Shown here piece by piece: positions 60,938-64,000 of a DNA stretch of 64,000 nucleotides (position 1 is the first letter of the stretch; each line of letters opens with the position of its first letter). Source of the DNA: Nostoc sp. DedSLP01. GTDB lineage: Bacteria; Cyanobacteriota; Cyanobacteriia; Cyanobacteriales; Nostocaceae. The stretch is from the NCBI GenBank assembly GCA_034530875.2, contig JAVRCJ020000013.1:128001-192000 (forward strand). Direction: 5' to 3'. A model generated the notes under the pieces. The model saw only the letters and a list, made by a program, of their open reading frames with translations, was not told where the DNA came from and did not search any database. The translations under genes were made by a program, and so were the position numbers.

Positions 60938-61519
60938 ATGGTAGCCATCCCCCAACAACCGCAAAAAATGACCATCGAGGAATATCTCGTATGGGAACCC
61001 CAGCAAGACCTTCGCTACGAATACGTCAATGGCGAAGTTTTTGCGATGACAGGTGGTACAATTCCCCACAATGATATTGCACTTAATTTTTACAGAGCTT
61101 TATATCCACATTTACGTGCTAGAGGTTGCCGAGTGAATGTGTCAGACGTGAAAGTGCAAGTTACGCCTAAAAGTCCTTACTATTACCCTGATGTTATTGT
61201 CAGCTGTGACCCTCAAGACCTCAATGCCCGTAAATTTATTCAAAACCCAAAAATAATTGCCGAAGTTCTCTCCCCTGGTACAAGCAGCAAAGATAGGGGC
61301 GAAAAATTCATTAATTACCTGAAAATGCCTTCTTTACAAGAATATTTATTGATAGATTCAGAAACAATCTCCGTCGAACGCTACTCTCGAGGAGAGGGAA
61401 GAATGTGGCTTTACTATCCCTACACTGAGGGAGACATTATTACCCTACCTAGCATCGAATTTGAATTTGCGATCGCACTCCTGTATGAAGGGGTTGTATT
61501 GGGAAGCGAAGCGGAATAG
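60938..61519 (+). CDS. Uma2-family endonuclease
   Basis: RYEYVNG, YYPDVIVSC, AEVLSPGT, LQEYLLID. Confidence 0.92.
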   Translation: MVAIPQQPQKMTIEEYLVWEPQQDLRYEYVNGEVFAMTGGTIPHNDIALNFYRALYPHLRARGCRVNVSDVKVQVTPKSPYYYPDVIVSCDPQDLNARKFIQNPKIIAEVLSPGTSSKDRGEKFINYLKMPSLQEYLLIDSETISVERYSRGEGRMWLYYPYTEGDIITLPSIEFEFAIALLYEGVVLGSEAE

Positions 61520-61537
61520 AGTTTGAAAGCGCCAGAT

Positions 61538-61756
61538 TCAAAAATTACTCAAAGAAAAGATTGCGATCGCATTTAGAATAACAAATAATACCTCCAAACA
61601 ATTGCTATTTTTTAAGGAAAGAATTATACAAGCTTTTTCTAATAAAAATTACTCGCAAAGACTAAATACCAAAGATAAGAGTTCGATACTCAATGGCTAC
61701 ATCAAAAAATATGTGTAGATGGCAACTTCGTAACAGCCATTGAGTATCGTTACTAA
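61538..61756 (+). pseudogene. Degenerate duplicate of the xisF 3' end
   Basis: Collinear with about 60480-60701, ending in the identical ACAGCCATTGAGTATCGTTACTAA; contains small indels. Confidence 0.88.
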
Positions 61757-61881
61757 GCAGTTTTGTGTTTGGACTTTGTTTTTTGTTTGGGAGTAGCCGA
61801 GGTAGATTTTAGCTCTGCTTTACGTTTTTCCCATTCAATAACTGTGCGAATTACAACTTGTGACCAAGATTCGTAAGCCAT
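61753..61881 (-). CDS. Possible 42-aa basic protein
   Basis: MAYESWSQVVIRTVIEWEKRKAELKSTSATPKQKTKSKHKTA*; below the ORF-track cutoff. Confidence 0.4.
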   Translation of the reverse strand: MAYESWSQVVIRTVIEWEKRKAELKSTSATPKQKTKSKHKTA

Positions 61882-62177
61882 AAGCACTATTGTTAGCTAA
61901 TATGAGGATAGCGAAATTTGAAAACTTTTCTGTTCATGGCAAGCCAGTCGCTTCAAATAAAGTTTTTTGGGAGAAAATTTTCAACAAGCAGTTTAGCTAC
62001 CCAAAAATAAAAGGCTGGCAAAGCGACTGAACTAATTCGACTAAAGAAATTTGACAGTTTTCTGTAGAGAGAGAAGTTGTGCTGCAATAATTTTCGGAGA
62101 ATTTAAAAATCTGTTGGAGAATTAAGTGTGAAGCGGCAGCAAATGGCTAGTAATAAATTATACTGATACCAGCAAAA

Positions 62178-62558
62178 TTAATCAAGTGTTTCAGTCACAG
62201 TATCAGAAGATTTGAGGTTTTGTAACTCTTCAAAGCTCAAAAAACGCAATTCCTCCATTTTTTGCTTGACTAGACCTAAAAATTCTTTAAACTGAGGACA
62301 AGACTGACACTTTAGCTGATTACCTGGAATTAGACATTCACAGACAAACCGTGGTCTTTCTTTAAATATGCGATCGCAGTCATTGCATAGATATTTTTGG
62401 ATGCCATTATATCTACTATTTTTTACAAGCCGAGTCGAATTGCATCGAGGACATTCAATACCATAAGTTTTAGGCTGTGGTTGCCATTTCTGTAGAGCTT
62501 GTTGCATAGCAACTTCACATCTAAGTTTATTTAAATCAAAAACTTTTTGAGTGTTCAT
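62178..62558 (-). CDS. Cys-rich zinc-ribbon protein
   Basis: CPRCNS..YLCNDC plus CEC..CQSC; directly downstream of the second recombinase. Confidence 0.7.
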   Translation of the reverse strand: MNTQKVFDLNKLRCEVAMQQALQKWQPQPKTYGIECPRCNSTRLVKNSRYNGIQKYLCNDCDRIFKERPRFVCECLIPGNQLKCQSCPQFKEFLGLVKQKMEELRFLSFEELQNLKSSDTVTETLD

Positions 62559-62580
62559 AAGTCCAAATTAGAATAAATCT

Positions 62581-64000
62581 TCAAATTTTGAGAGTAACTT
62601 CTTTAACTTCTTTGTTTTGGACAGCGATTCTATGGACAATCTGCTGAAAAATTGTGACTTTATCATCAGGAGAAAGTGTGTGCCAGATTGCCAAATTATT
62701 CCCTGCACGAATAATTTCCTCCGCACTCTTATTCAAAAGAGAACCAGAGATAAAAGGATTAATTTCCTCCTCAATTTGCTGACGAACTTTAGCCTTGAGG
62801 TTTTCCAAGTCTGGATCGAAACCTGGAATTTTTTCCAGAGCATCTAGCCTTGACTCCAATTCTTTTAACTTCTCTGACTTTTCCTGTGGTATTGGAGATT
62901 GTTCTGGCTCGCTTGTGAAAGTCTGAGAACGTTGCACTAAAGTCTGAATCAGAGCATCCTCAATCTTTTGTTTCCGGGTAGATACTAAATTTGTACATCC
63001 CATCCCTGCGTATCTACAAGCAAAGTAGTAATACTTTCCTCCATCCTTACGTTTGGCACTTTTAGTAATGCATTTAGAACCACATTCAGCACAGAAAACA
63101 AGCCCACTTTGATAAGCATATTCTCGATATGAATTAGCCCCATTGAGTTCTGGATTGGTGATTGGCCCTTTTTTGTGATTAAACGTGAGTATGCGCTGAA
63201 TTTCTAAGGCCTCTTCATCGGTAATGAGTCTGTGTTCGGGATGTGTATTATAGATAAATTCCCAGTTTTCACGCTGATTCTTCTTTCTTTTACCTTTCCC
63301 TAGATTAATTCGTTGCAGATAAGCAGTATGTCCACATAACACTGGATTAGTTAACCACCAAATAAATCCTCCAACTGTCCAATGAAATTTCCCATCAATG
63401 CCATTTCTGCGATAATTAATTTTAGCCAAACCATATTTTTGGAATATAGCTTTTAAAGCTCTAGTAGCTCCTTGAAAATGGAAAAAAATATCAATACAAT
63501 CTCTGGCAATCTGCTTAACTGTTAAAGCATTTAGTTTCGTTAAATCTGTTTCATGATAGAGTTCTCGATAATTAGCTGGTCGATTAGATATTAGACAGAG
63601 AAATGGGCTATCATTGAGTTGATATTGATCGTTAACAGTTTTATAACCCCAAGGATAACATTCACTAGCTGCTTTTTTATCGCGACGGTACTTCTTACCA
63701 TGACGTACTCGTTCTGATAAAGAGTCAATTTCCCATTCGGCAAGAGAGCCTAATACATTAAGCATTAATTTGCCTTGGGATGTCGTAAAATCAATTGCCT
63801 GATCTAAAACTCTGAGATTTACTCCAGTAGTTACAAAAATTTCTATACATTCTCGCAACTTTGGTAAAGACCGTGCGATTCTATCTATTCTGGTAATAAT
63901 GACTTCATCGATATTTCCTTCAGTGATTGATTTCATTAATTCTTTCAAAGCAAGTCTGTTATCCCTACTACCAGATTGAATATCTTGAAAAATTTCTGTT
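62581..64000 (-). CDS. Second XisF-like large serine recombinase (N-terminus beyond the window)
   Basis: Frame open to the window edge (TEIFQDIQSGSRDNRLAL), TRIDRIARS, LSERVRHG, PWGY, NPVLCGH, CAECG..C..C. Confidence 0.88.
   Translation of the reverse strand, partial: TEIFQDIQSGSRDNRLALKELMKSITEGNIDEVIITRIDRIARSLPKLRECIEIFVTTGVNLRVLDQAIDFTTSQGKLMLNVLGSLAEWEIDSLSERVRHGKKYRRDKKAASECYPWGYKTVNDQYQLNDSPFLCLISNRPANYRELYHETDLTKLNALTVKQIARDCIDIFFHFQGATRALKAIFQKYGLAKINYRRNGIDGKFHWTVGGFIWWLTNPVLCGHTAYLQRINLGKGKRKKNQRENWEFIYNTHPEHRLITDEEALEIQRILTFNHKKGPITNPELNGANSYREYAYQSGLVFCAECGSKCITKSAKRKDGGKYYYFACRYAGMGCTNLVSTRKQKIEDALIQTLVQRSQTFTSEPEQSPIPQEKSEKLKELESRLDALEKIPGFDPDLENLKAKVRQQIEEEINPFISGSLLNKSAEEIIRAGNNLAIWHTLSPDDKVTIFQQIVHRIAVQNKEVKEVTLKI

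Larger units (their letters stand above)
59104..64000. mobile_element. fdxN excision element, nifS-proximal end (extends beyond the window)
   Basis: TATTC core (GAATA at 59104-59108 on the plus strand) at the fdxN break; xisF starts 48 bp away. Confidence 0.85.

Noticed and set aside
62178..62558. IS1-family transposase
   Set aside because: Only a zinc ribbon is present; no DDE domain or terminal inverted repeats were seen.

Overview
Nitrogen-fixation (nif) region of a heterocyst-forming cyanobacterium, in the unrearranged vegetative-cell state (HIP1 GCGATCGC sites and heptamer repeats throughout). On the minus strand: 3' end of fdxN, nifS, nifU, glbN (cyanoglobin), nifH, nifD, nifK, a small nif-associated gene, nifE and the 5' part of nifN. 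nifD is split by a 48.6-kb excision element bounded by the 11-bp direct repeat CGGAGTAATCC (4665-4675 and 53243-53253), with xisA at its nifK-proximal end. Its cargo includes two PIN toxin-antitoxin pairs, an HTH-NB-ARC-TPR (NLR-like) protein, xisH/xisI, an RTX-like protein, a UbiA-family enzyme and five two-component genes. It also carries a chaperone-usher pilus operon, a compact cluster of tRNAs and candidate ncRNAs next to a nucleotidyltransferase and a slipin/SPFH gene, and a Hachiman-like nuclease plus helicase-HIRAN pair. A second element interrupts fdxN at TATTC (59104-59108), carries xisF and a second XisF-like recombinase, and runs off the window. A recurring unannotated pattern is that cargo genes sit between diverged direct repeats ending at or near a HIP1 site, suggesting a HIP1-linked way of adding cargo. 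All calls are by eye from sequence and motifs; no searches or folding programs were run.
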